Of a stretch of DNA of 32,000 nucleotides, positions 1-7,101 are shown one piece after another. The position numbers and the translations under genes are program-made. A model generated the notes under the pieces. That model saw nothing but the letters and a program-made list of their open reading frames with translations. It searched no databases and was not told the origin of the DNA. Origin of the DNA: Breznakia blatticola (GTDB taxonomy: Bacteria > Bacillota_I > Bacilli_A > Erysipelotrichales > Erysipelotrichaceae); the NCBI RefSeq assembly GCF_004365815.1, contig NZ_SODD01000019.1, positions 9,044 through 41,043 of the forward strand. The letters are read 5' to 3'. The first letter of the stretch is position 1; every line of letters begins with the position of its first letter.

Positions 1-836
1 TTGCAAAACAATTAGATGTATCGCTTGGCGTTGTAAACAAAGCTATCCAAGAATTACAAGAACTTGGATACATTGACGTATTAGGAAAATCGAAATATGA
101 AGTTACTGCAGCTGGATACAAAGCATTAGAACCGTATAAGGTAAAACGTGCAATCTTTATGGCAGCAGGATTTGGTAGCCGCATGGTTCCTGTTACTTTA
201 AATACACCAAAACCTTTAATCAAAGTGAAAGGCGAACGTATCATCGATACCTTAATTGATGCAGTTCTTGCAGCTGGAATTGAAGATATTACAATTGTTC
301 GTGGATATTTGAAAGAACAATTCGATACCCTACTAACAAAATATCCAATGATTACATTCATTGATAACGATTTCTACAATGAAGCAAACAATATTTCAAG
401 TGCATATATTGCCAAAGACTTACTTGAAAATGCTTATGTACTAGAATCGGATTTAGTCTTATATAACCCAGAGATTATTCGTGCTTACGAATACAACAGC
501 AACTACTTGGGTAAAAAAGTAGACGTCACTGATGACTGGTGTTTCTATTCAAAGAAAGGTGTTATCACAGAACTTGCAGTTGGTGGTAAAAACTGCCACC
601 ACATGTATGGAATTTCTTATTGGAGTGCAGAAGATGGAAAAAAACTAGCAACCGATATTGAAACTGTATACCAAAGTCCAGGCGGTAAAGAAAAATACTG
701 GGATGAAGTTGCATTACGTGAATGCATTGATCACTATAGCGTGCATATTAAACCAGTTCATGAAGGTGATATTATTGAAATTGATACCTTTAAAGAACTT
801 TGCGATATCGACCCAGCATATAAAGTTGTATCATGA
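1..836 (+). CDS. LicC-family sugar/choline-phosphate nucleotidyltransferase with N-terminal winged-HTH-like segment (5' end outside window)
   Basis: The frame of the 159..836 ORF is open back to nt 3 (AKQLDVSLGVVNKAIQELQELGYIDVLGKSKYEVTAAGYKALEPYKVKRAIF...), so the gene starts upstream of the window. The nucleotidyltransferase P-loop-like motif is AAGFGSRM...LNTPKPLIKV. RGYLKEQFDTL, YWDEVAL and IIEIDTFKEL closely resemble S. pneumoniae LicC as I recall it. Confidence 0.8.
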   Translation, partial: AKQLDVSLGVVNKAIQELQELGYIDVLGKSKYEVTAAGYKALEPYKVKRAIFMAAGFGSRMVPVTLNTPKPLIKVKGERIIDTLIDAVLAAGIEDITIVRGYLKEQFDTLLTKYPMITFIDNDFYNEANNISSAYIAKDLLENAYVLESDLVLYNPEIIRAYEYNSNYLGKKVDVTDDWCFYSKKGVITELAVGGKNCHHMYGISYWSAEDGKKLATDIETVYQSPGGKEKYWDEVALRECIDHYSVHIKPVHEGDIIEIDTFKELCDIDPAYKVVS

Positions 837-1186
837 GACACACCAAACGTATTATAAGTAAGATATCTGAAGAACTTACGACGTATGCGTATGCCATAGG
901 GGCAAACGATATCCATATTCACATAAAAGAGGAAATCGATGCACACATCATTTCCTTAACTTGTGATTATAAAGACATCTATCAATCAATGGTAGATGAT
1001 CTTGAAGGTAAACTATTTGGTAACCGATTAGAAGCAGTAGAAGAAATGTATTGGAATTTGACTGGGACAAGTGATCTTAGTAATGAGTTCGAATTTGACT
1101 TGCTAAACTCATTAATCGATGAAGCAAACGTCACACATACAACCAATCATTTAGAAATTCAACTTATTCGATACCGACACGACTAG
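833..1186 (+). CDS. hypothetical 117-aa acidic cytoplasmic protein, translationally coupled to the upstream nucleotidyltransferase
   Basis: The ATG overlaps the upstream TGA (ATGA at 833-836). No signal peptide or TM segment and no motif I recognise. An intrinsic terminator follows directly. Confidence 0.6.
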   Translation: MRHTKRIISKISEELTTYAYAIGANDIHIHIKEEIDAHIISLTCDYKDIYQSMVDDLEGKLFGNRLEAVEEMYWNLTGTSDLSNEFEFDLLNSLIDEANVTHTTNHLEIQLIRYRHD

Positions 1187-1189
1187 TAC

Positions 1190-1237
1190 GCTATAACATA
1201 CTTATCAAATATATGGTAAGATTGTTATAGCTTTTTT
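1190..1237 (+). terminator. intrinsic terminator after the 117-aa ORF
   Basis: 9-bp stem gctataaca (1190-1198) / tgttatagc (1223-1231) followed by T6 (1232-1237). The loop is long (24 nt). Confidence 0.55.
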
Positions 1238-1252
1238 ATGAGGGGGAATATC

Positions 1253-2269
1253 ATGAAACACAAAGAATATGGAAGGATTGATACTTTCCGTATACTGGCT
1301 GCATTACTTGTAATCGCAGCACACTATCCAGTATTTTCATCTATTAATACCACACTGGATTATACATACACAAGAATTATTGCTCGAATTGCTGTACCTT
1401 TTTTCTTTGTAAGTTCTGCATTCTTTTTATTCAACAACAATCTAAAGAATACACAAACCAAAGATAAAGTATTCGCATTTATGAAGCGCAATTTAAAATA
1501 TTACATTTTATGTATCATTATCTACTTACCATTTAATTTTATTGGTGGCAGTTATAAACAATGGAGTGATATTCATCTACTACTCCAACAATTCTTATGG
1601 AATGGTACATTTTATCACTTGTGGTTCTTCATGGGCTCTCTAGTTGGTGCCTATGTTGCCTGGTTACTTCTAAAAACCTTCAATATGAAGTCGTCTATCT
1701 TCTTTGCAGGTGTACTATATGTCATTGGTTTATTTGGTGATTCGTATTATGGATTTATCTTCCAAACACCAATCATTTCCACATTGTATGATGGTATCTT
1801 CTTCATCTTTGAAAGTACACGAAATGGAATCTTTATGGCTCCGATATTCTTTGTATTAGGTGCCTATATCGCACGCAAAATACAGCGCAATAAATTAGTG
1901 TTTCATATGAGTGATCTAATTATCAGCGCAATCGCACTACTTTTGGAAGGTATCATTTTGTATCAATTTCATATTGTTCGTTCTGATATACACAATACAA
2001 TGTATATCTCACTCATTCCATTTACGTATTCACTATTTACATTACTTGTTTCCAAAGAGAAACCAAGAAATATTGTATGGCGAAACACATCACTTTATAT
2101 GTATATCTTACATCCAATGATTATTATCGCTATGCAAAAAGTTCCACTAGGCATTTTAGGAAATACGATAGTATTCTACATTATATTATGTGTGCTTAGT
2201 TTTGGAATATCCTATGGCTTAGCCCGGATTCAGAAATTCAATCAACTCATCAACAAAATTACTTCATAA
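1253..2269 (+). CDS. acyltransferase family 3 integral membrane protein (O-acyltransferase of surface glycans type)
   Basis: N-terminal RIDTFRILAALLVIAAHY motif typical of acyltransferase_3, with about 10 hydrophobic segments. I moved the start to ATG 1253 because AGGGGG (1241-1246) lies 6 nt upstream. The ATG at 1238 has no SD and sits inside the terminator T-tract. Confidence 0.8.
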   Translation: MKHKEYGRIDTFRILAALLVIAAHYPVFSSINTTLDYTYTRIIARIAVPFFFVSSAFFLFNNNLKNTQTKDKVFAFMKRNLKYYILCIIIYLPFNFIGGSYKQWSDIHLLLQQFLWNGTFYHLWFFMGSLVGAYVAWLLLKTFNMKSSIFFAGVLYVIGLFGDSYYGFIFQTPIISTLYDGIFFIFESTRNGIFMAPIFFVLGAYIARKIQRNKLVFHMSDLIISAIALLLEGIILYQFHIVRSDIHNTMYISLIPFTYSLFTLLVSKEKPRNIVWRNTSLYMYILHPMIIIAMQKVPLGILGNTIVFYIILCVLSFGISYGLARIQKFNQLINKITS

Positions 2270-2271
2270 CA

Positions 2272-2307
2272 CAAAAAAGCTCGAGCATTATGGCCCGAGC
2301 TTTTTTG
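2272..2307. terminator. bidirectional intrinsic terminator between convergent genes
   Basis: A6 - agctcgagc / gcccgagct stem (one mismatch, 6-nt loop) - T6. It lies 3 nt after the acyltransferase stop and about 20 nt after the 1487-aa gene stop. Confidence 0.75.
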
Positions 2308-2324
2308 CGTCTAACATGTGTGTT

Positions 2325-2435
2325 TTATTTATGTTGTCTATATTTTCGTGTTCCAAAAAGGGCTACACCAGCAAGTGCTAGTACGAGTAAACCATATAGT
2401 GCTGTTGTATCTGTAGTGTCACCAGAATTTACACC
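2325..2435 (-). other. C-terminal tripartite sorting signal (GVNSG-DTTDTT / hydrophobic helix / TRKYRQHK), non-LPXTG
   Basis: GVNSGDTTDTTALYGLLVLALAGVALFGTRKYRQHK* read directly from the ORF. It is paralogous to 6976..7101. Confidence 0.6.
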
Positions 2436-5400
2436 AGCCCCATTATTGTTGACTTGTGTGTTGTTTGGTTTATTTTGTTCAGGGGATGTACTAGGAGCTT
2501 GTTTTACCAAGTTCTTCATTGCTTGTGCTAATTCACTATATACTGCATCAATTTCTGCCTGTGTAGCTTCTTCATTTTCAAGTAATGAAAGTACTTTCGT
2601 AATTGCATTATCTAAAGCGGCTACACTTTCAACAGTGTATAGACGTGTGTCCAAATCAGCTGTCTTCGAAAGGAGGTTTTCTAAACGTTCTGTATCTGGT
2701 TTCAAGCGTGCTTTTAAACGAACGCTCATTAATGCTTTAGTTGCTGCATCAATATCAGCTTGACTAGTTGCATCAGCTAGCGCTTGTTTAGCAGTTGCTA
2801 CTGCTGTAGCTAAGTCCTTAATTGAACTAGCTACATATTTATCACTATTCACAAGAATAATTTCTGCAGTTGCAATTTCTTTTTGTAAATTGTCTTTTAC
2901 AAATACTTTTACTTTTTCTAGACCGTTAAGAGCTGCATATAGAGATTCTTGTGTTAGACGTACGTCTTCAGTTGTTGCATCATCATTTGCGACAACTGCT
3001 TTTGCATTTGTGATTGCTGTTTGTAGTGTTTTCCAAGATTTTTCAGTGTAGTCACTTTCAGTTAATGCTTCTAAAAGTGTAATCATTTGTGTAATCTCAG
3101 TTTTATCTACAATGGTTTCTAATTTAGCTACAGCATCCACAATGCGTTGAATTGCGTCTGTAAGGATTGTAATGTTTGTTTCACTTGCTTGTAATAATGA
3201 CTGTCCATTTGTAATTGCTGATTCCACAGCTGTTACAGTACTAGGACGCATATTTTTTGCTTCTTCAAGTGTTTTTGTTGCATTTGCAATTGTTGTTGTA
3301 AGTAATGCACGAATTTCATCGAGATCACCTTGACTAATTGCATCTAATTTTGTTTTTTCATCAGTTAATTTCTTAGTTGCATTTGCTACATCAGTTGCAG
3401 ATACATCTGCATTTCCTTTAGCAACAAGTGTTTTAGTTTCACCAATTGCAGTTCTCATACCTGCAAACTGTGCATCACTGTATTTGTCAGCTAATGCTTC
3501 ATATTCTGTAATTTTTGCTACTAGAGCTTCAAAGTCAGCTGTTGAAGCACGATCAACTAAACCAGTCATTGCCGTTTCTAAACGTAATGTTACATCTAGA
3601 ATTGCTACATCTTCAGCATCAGAAGTCACTAAGACTGCTTCATCATATACATTCCTAAAGTTTGTCCATGAAGTTTTCGTTGTTGATGCTTCTTTATTTG
3701 CATCAATCAAAGCTTTAGCACGTACAATCACTTCTTGTAGTGCATCGAATGCTTCAGAATTTGCTTTTTTCGGTTGTGTCACACGCATTTCTGTTGCAGA
3801 GGAATAAAGTCCAGGTCCGTAGTTACTTACTACTTGAAGTTTTACATATTTTGCTACTACAGGATCAAAACTTGCAAACTGCGTATTACGGTGACCATAC
3901 CATTTTCCAGTTGTTTGTAACGTATAGTCCGTTCCATTAACTGAGGTATATACTTCATATGCGTTAATCTTTCCATTAATTCCACTTTGACGTGGTACGT
4001 AACGCATTCCATTAACTTCCATTTCTTTATCAAGTTCAAAGATTACATATTGGTTTTCACGAGTGTCGTTACTGTATTTTGAGTGCCACATTGTAGTTAA
4101 GTCATCATCAATTAACTTACTTGCATCTTCAGATGTACTTTGTTCTGAACCAGCAGTAACTTTACATACATCTGTTGGTACATCAGGTGACGATGCACTT
4201 TCTTGTACATCATCAATGTTGAAGTTCATTTCATATTCATCTAAGAACGTATCATTCTTGTAATCTCTTAAACGAATTTGAATTTGTCCACCATCAAATA
4301 CATTGACTTGATATCCAACTTGGTTTACTTTACTACCAAAACTTGAATAGTAGAATGAAGGTACATCCACTTGTGTTCCATATCCATAGTTCACATGTGA
4401 GATTAAATCGATTCCATTATGAATGTGTCCAGTAAACATAACTGCATTTTTATGTTTTCTTAAAACAGCTTTCACTTCTTCAGATTCTTTTATAACATCT
4501 TCATCTGCTTGGTCATATGTTCCTTTGATTGTTTGGTGAATGATAATGAACTGTGGACGTTCAGGATCATCATTTTCACTAAGTTTGTTATCTAACCATT
4601 GTAATTGCTCAGCAGATAATGTAGCTTGATCTTTTAAATCTGATTCTGTTGATAATGAAATAAAGTGATACCCATCAATCCATTTATCATAGTAAACACG
4701 TCCATCTGTGTCTCCCATGATATTTTTGTTGTATTTCAAGTAACGAGCTTTTGCTTCTTCCCATCCACTTGGTTGCCAACGAACATCATGGTTTCCTAAA
4801 GTTACGAAACTTTCTGTACCTTGTGGTGTAAAGTTTTCAATGATATCATAGAATCCTTTATATTCATTTTCTCTTCCATAGTCAGTCAAATCACCAGGAT
4901 ATAAAACAGCTGATGATGTTGGGTTTAGATATCCAATATCTTCTAGTGCGTCAATTAAGTTTGCACTATTTTTAGATGAACGATCTGTTCCTTGAATGTG
5001 AGGATCACTAATTACTTCAAAACTCATTGCTGGAGTTTCAGTTGTTTGGAAACGTTCATATGCAATATCTAAATTTGCTACTAAGCGATTAATATCCAAA
5101 CTTCCGCCAGCTTCTTTAATTGTAATTACTGATTGAATTGCTTTTTCAAGTTCAGCAATTTTTGTTGCATCTGTGCCATTTGTTTTTGCTTCAGCAACGA
5201 TTGCTTGATATTTCTTAATTGTACTTTCCAACTTGATTACATCATATTGCTCATTAATTTCTTCTTGTGTAATCAAACGGTTGTACATGTAAAGCTCATC
5301 AATGTATCCGTCTGCCATCGCAAAACTTTTTTTACCATCTGCACCTAATACAACATCAAGAACATCTACATTTCCTGGAATCTTACTTATATCAATACGT

Positions 5401-6788
5401 TTAAACTCTGTACCATCAATATACACAACCATATCGCCTGTACGATCATGGTTTACCGCAATATGGTGCCACTTTTGATCATTGATTTTAATTTCTCTTA
5501 TATCTACTCGATCTGTAGTTGAAATATTTGTACGAACACCATTATTGTATGTAGATAATCCCCATCCACGGTTTTTACCACTATTCCAATCTTTATTTCC
5601 AAGAATCATATCATCTTCACTACCTGCGCTGTTGTACCATAGTGAATACGCAAAATTCTCTTCACCAAACATTAGACTTTCTGGTTTTCCAAAGTTTACA
5701 TATTGTGTAGCAGCTAATCCAGTATTTTGAATGTGAATCGCTTTTCCTTTCACACCAGTTACATATTCAGGATTTCCAACTACTGATCCATTATTGGCAC
5801 AACCACTAATGTCTGTAGCTGTATCATCATCGAATGTTGTATGTAACACAAGTCCAGGCACTGCATCTGGTGCACTTGCTTGTACTGCTTCATATGCGCT
5901 AACTAACTTTGGTGTCAATTCATTTAATTGAGCCGCTGTTAAATTATCTTGGTGTAATTCATCAACTAATACTTTATACGCTTGTTTTAAGTCACTGTTG
6001 TATTCTTGATTACCTTTAATTTGCGCATATTGTTCTTTATGCATTTTGCGTAGATATGGGAGTCCATCATCCATGTATTGCTCACTGATTTCTTCAGCAC
6101 TCATAACACGTCTAAACATACGTAATTCATCGATATATCCATCTGCAAGTGCAAACCCTTTATTTCCATCAGCTCCTAACACCACATCAAGTGAATCTGT
6201 TGTTCCTGTCAATGTGTTGATTGCTAAACGCTTAAACTCAACTCCATCTACATACACAACCATGTCTCCACTACGGTCATAATTTACTGCAATATGATGC
6301 CACTTTTGATCATTAACTTTAATATAATATGCATCTTTACGACCATTTGTTGCAATGTTAGCTCTCACTCCATCACTAAATGTTGCTAGACCCCATCCAC
6401 GGTTTCCACCACTATTCCAATCTTTATTTCCAAGGATCATATCATCATTACTACCAGCACTGTTGTACCATAGTGAATACGAGAAGTTTCCTTCACCAAA
6501 TTGTAGGTCTGTTGGTTTTCCAAAGTTTACATATTGTGTTGCTGTTGATCCGGCATTCTTAATGTGAATGGCTTTTCCTTTAATACCACTCACGAAATCA
6601 GGACTTCCTACTAAGGTACCGTTATTACCATTTCCCGATTGGTCATCAACTTGTCCTTCAAAATCTACATATAGAACTTCATCAGTAACTGCTTTTAATA
6701 GCACTGCATCAACACCTGTGATACAGGTTGTCATACATATACATGTCACAACAAACGTCATGAAAAGTCGTTTAATTATTTTATACAT
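2325..6788 (-). CDS. giant secreted/anchored protein: LamG(ConA-like) x2 - metallophosphoesterase - F5/8 type C (discoidin/CBM32-like) - FIVAR-like helical stalk - C-terminal sorting signal
   Basis: GGGAG SD 6 nt before the ATG and a hydrophobic N-terminal signal-like segment. Two paralogous Laminin_G_3-like units (...LWYNSAGS.DDMILGNKDWNSG.NRGWGL...KWHHIAVN.DR.GDMVVY.DG...). Metallophosphoesterase motifs SDPHIQ, PGDLTDYG, LGNHD, IIIHQ, GHIHNG. Discoidin-like TMWHSKYS...YVIFELD...VNGMRYVPRQ. Repeated YT..SW..L..A...A...DDATT.DV FIVAR-like units. Tail GVNSGDTTD + TM + TRKYRQHK. Confidence 0.85.
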   Translation of the reverse strand: MYKIIKRLFMTFVVTCICMTTCITGVDAVLLKAVTDEVLYVDFEGQVDDQSGNGNNGTLVGSPDFVSGIKGKAIHIKNAGSTATQYVNFGKPTDLQFGEGNFSYSLWYNSAGSNDDMILGNKDWNSGGNRGWGLATFSDGVRANIATNGRKDAYYIKVNDQKWHHIAVNYDRSGDMVVYVDGVEFKRLAINTLTGTTDSLDVVLGADGNKGFALADGYIDELRMFRRVMSAEEISEQYMDDGLPYLRKMHKEQYAQIKGNQEYNSDLKQAYKVLVDELHQDNLTAAQLNELTPKLVSAYEAVQASAPDAVPGLVLHTTFDDDTATDISGCANNGSVVGNPEYVTGVKGKAIHIQNTGLAATQYVNFGKPESLMFGEENFAYSLWYNSAGSEDDMILGNKDWNSGKNRGWGLSTYNNGVRTNISTTDRVDIREIKINDQKWHHIAVNHDRTGDMVVYIDGTEFKRIDISKIPGNVDVLDVVLGADGKKSFAMADGYIDELYMYNRLITQEEINEQYDVIKLESTIKKYQAIVAEAKTNGTDATKIAELEKAIQSVITIKEAGGSLDINRLVANLDIAYERFQTTETPAMSFEVISDPHIQGTDRSSKNSANLIDALEDIGYLNPTSSAVLYPGDLTDYGRENEYKGFYDIIENFTPQGTESFVTLGNHDVRWQPSGWEEAKARYLKYNKNIMGDTDGRVYYDKWIDGYHFISLSTESDLKDQATLSAEQLQWLDNKLSENDDPERPQFIIIHQTIKGTYDQADEDVIKESEEVKAVLRKHKNAVMFTGHIHNGIDLISHVNYGYGTQVDVPSFYYSSFGSKVNQVGYQVNVFDGGQIQIRLRDYKNDTFLDEYEMNFNIDDVQESASSPDVPTDVCKVTAGSEQSTSEDASKLIDDDLTTMWHSKYSNDTRENQYVIFELDKEMEVNGMRYVPRQSGINGKINAYEVYTSVNGTDYTLQTTGKWYGHRNTQFASFDPVVAKYVKLQVVSNYGPGLYSSATEMRVTQPKKANSEAFDALQEVIVRAKALIDANKEASTTKTSWTNFRNVYDEAVLVTSDAEDVAILDVTLRLETAMTGLVDRASTADFEALVAKITEYEALADKYSDAQFAGMRTAIGETKTLVAKGNADVSATDVANATKKLTDEKTKLDAISQGDLDEIRALLTTTIANATKTLEEAKNMRPSTVTAVESAITNGQSLLQASETNITILTDAIQRIVDAVAKLETIVDKTEITQMITLLEALTESDYTEKSWKTLQTAITNAKAVVANDDATTEDVRLTQESLYAALNGLEKVKVFVKDNLQKEIATAEIILVNSDKYVASSIKDLATAVATAKQALADATSQADIDAATKALMSVRLKARLKPDTERLENLLSKTADLDTRLYTVESVAALDNAITKVLSLLENEEATQAEIDAVYSELAQAMKNLVKQAPSTSPEQNKPNNTQVNNNGAGVNSGDTTDTTALYGLLVLALAGVALFGTRKYRQHK
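4215..5030 (-). other. calcineurin-like metallophosphoesterase domain of the 1487-aa protein
   Basis: Ordered metal-ligand motifs D-x-H (SDPH), GD (PGDLTD), GNH(D) (LGNHD), H (IIIHQ), GH-x-H (GHIHN) with canonical spacing. Boundaries are approximate. Confidence 0.75.
5240..6700 (-). repeat. in-frame intragenic tandem duplication (two LamG units plus linker, period 831 nt)
   Basis: The DNA block starting ccccatccacgg at 5560 recurs at 6391 (offset 831 = 277 codons). There are long identical runs, e.g. ctgttgtaccatagtgaatacg and ggttttccaaagtttacatattgtgt. The antisense track ORFs 5482..5730 and 6355..6567 are near-identical for the same reason. Confidence 0.9.
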
Positions 6789-6892
6789 TTTTCACTCCCT
6801 GTTTTCCTAATCAAGCAAAAGTCCTTTACTTCTCCTACTTGATACATATCTCAATCATTCTAAACACACGAAATTATTATATAACCACATAT

Positions 6893-6933
6893 TTTAAATA
6901 AAGACCGAGTGTACAACTTGTTTTCACCCGGCC
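6893..6933 (-). terminator. strand-specific intrinsic terminator after the 2315-aa gene
   Basis: On the minus-strand RNA, ggccgggug / cacucgguc forms a 9-bp stem (two G-U pairs) followed by UUUAUUU. On the plus strand the same positions are A-C mismatches. Confidence 0.65.
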
Positions 6934-6975
6934 TTTTGTTTGTGCTTATCTAAACAATAAGTCACAGGAGATTAA

Positions 6976-7101
6976 TTATTCGGATTCTTTTATTTCGTGG
7001 TTTTTATACTTTTTACGTCCTAAGACACCTAGTCCCATAAGTGCAAGAGCAAGAAGTCCATATAGACTTGTTACATCTGTCGTATCACCTGAGTTTACAC
7101 T
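6976..7101 (-). other. C-terminal tripartite sorting signal (SVNSG-DTTDVT / hydrophobic helix / RKKYKNHEIKESE), non-LPXTG
   Basis: SVNSGDTTDVTSLYGLLALALMGLGVLGRKKYKNHEIKESE* read from the ORF, preceded by a Pro/Gly-rich linker (TPITTTPGGDDVNTPKPGDNGNG). Confidence 0.6.

Noticed and set aside
658-946. ORFs 658..861 (+) and 758..946 (-) overlapping the LicC-like and 117-aa genes
   Set aside because: They are alternative-frame or antisense ORFs inside better-supported genes and have no ribosome-binding sites.
1238-1252. ATG at 1238 as acyltransferase start
   Set aside because: It lies directly on the terminator T-tract, and the AGGGGG that follows serves as the SD for the ATG at 1253.
2290-2763. 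157-aa plus-strand ORF (and similar ones at 3484..3807, 8168..8374, 10142..10507, 11528..11770 and others) inside the giant genes
   Set aside because: They are antisense to long, well-supported minus-strand genes. They are low-complexity Ser/Ala/Thr/Phe-rich translations with no SD, typical shadow ORFs of Ala/Thr/Asp-rich coding sequence.
5482-6567. Two near-identical antisense ORFs (5482..5730 and 6355..6567) that could look like a repeated small gene
   Set aside because: Their similarity is simply the mirror image of the LamG intragenic duplication on the coding (minus) strand.
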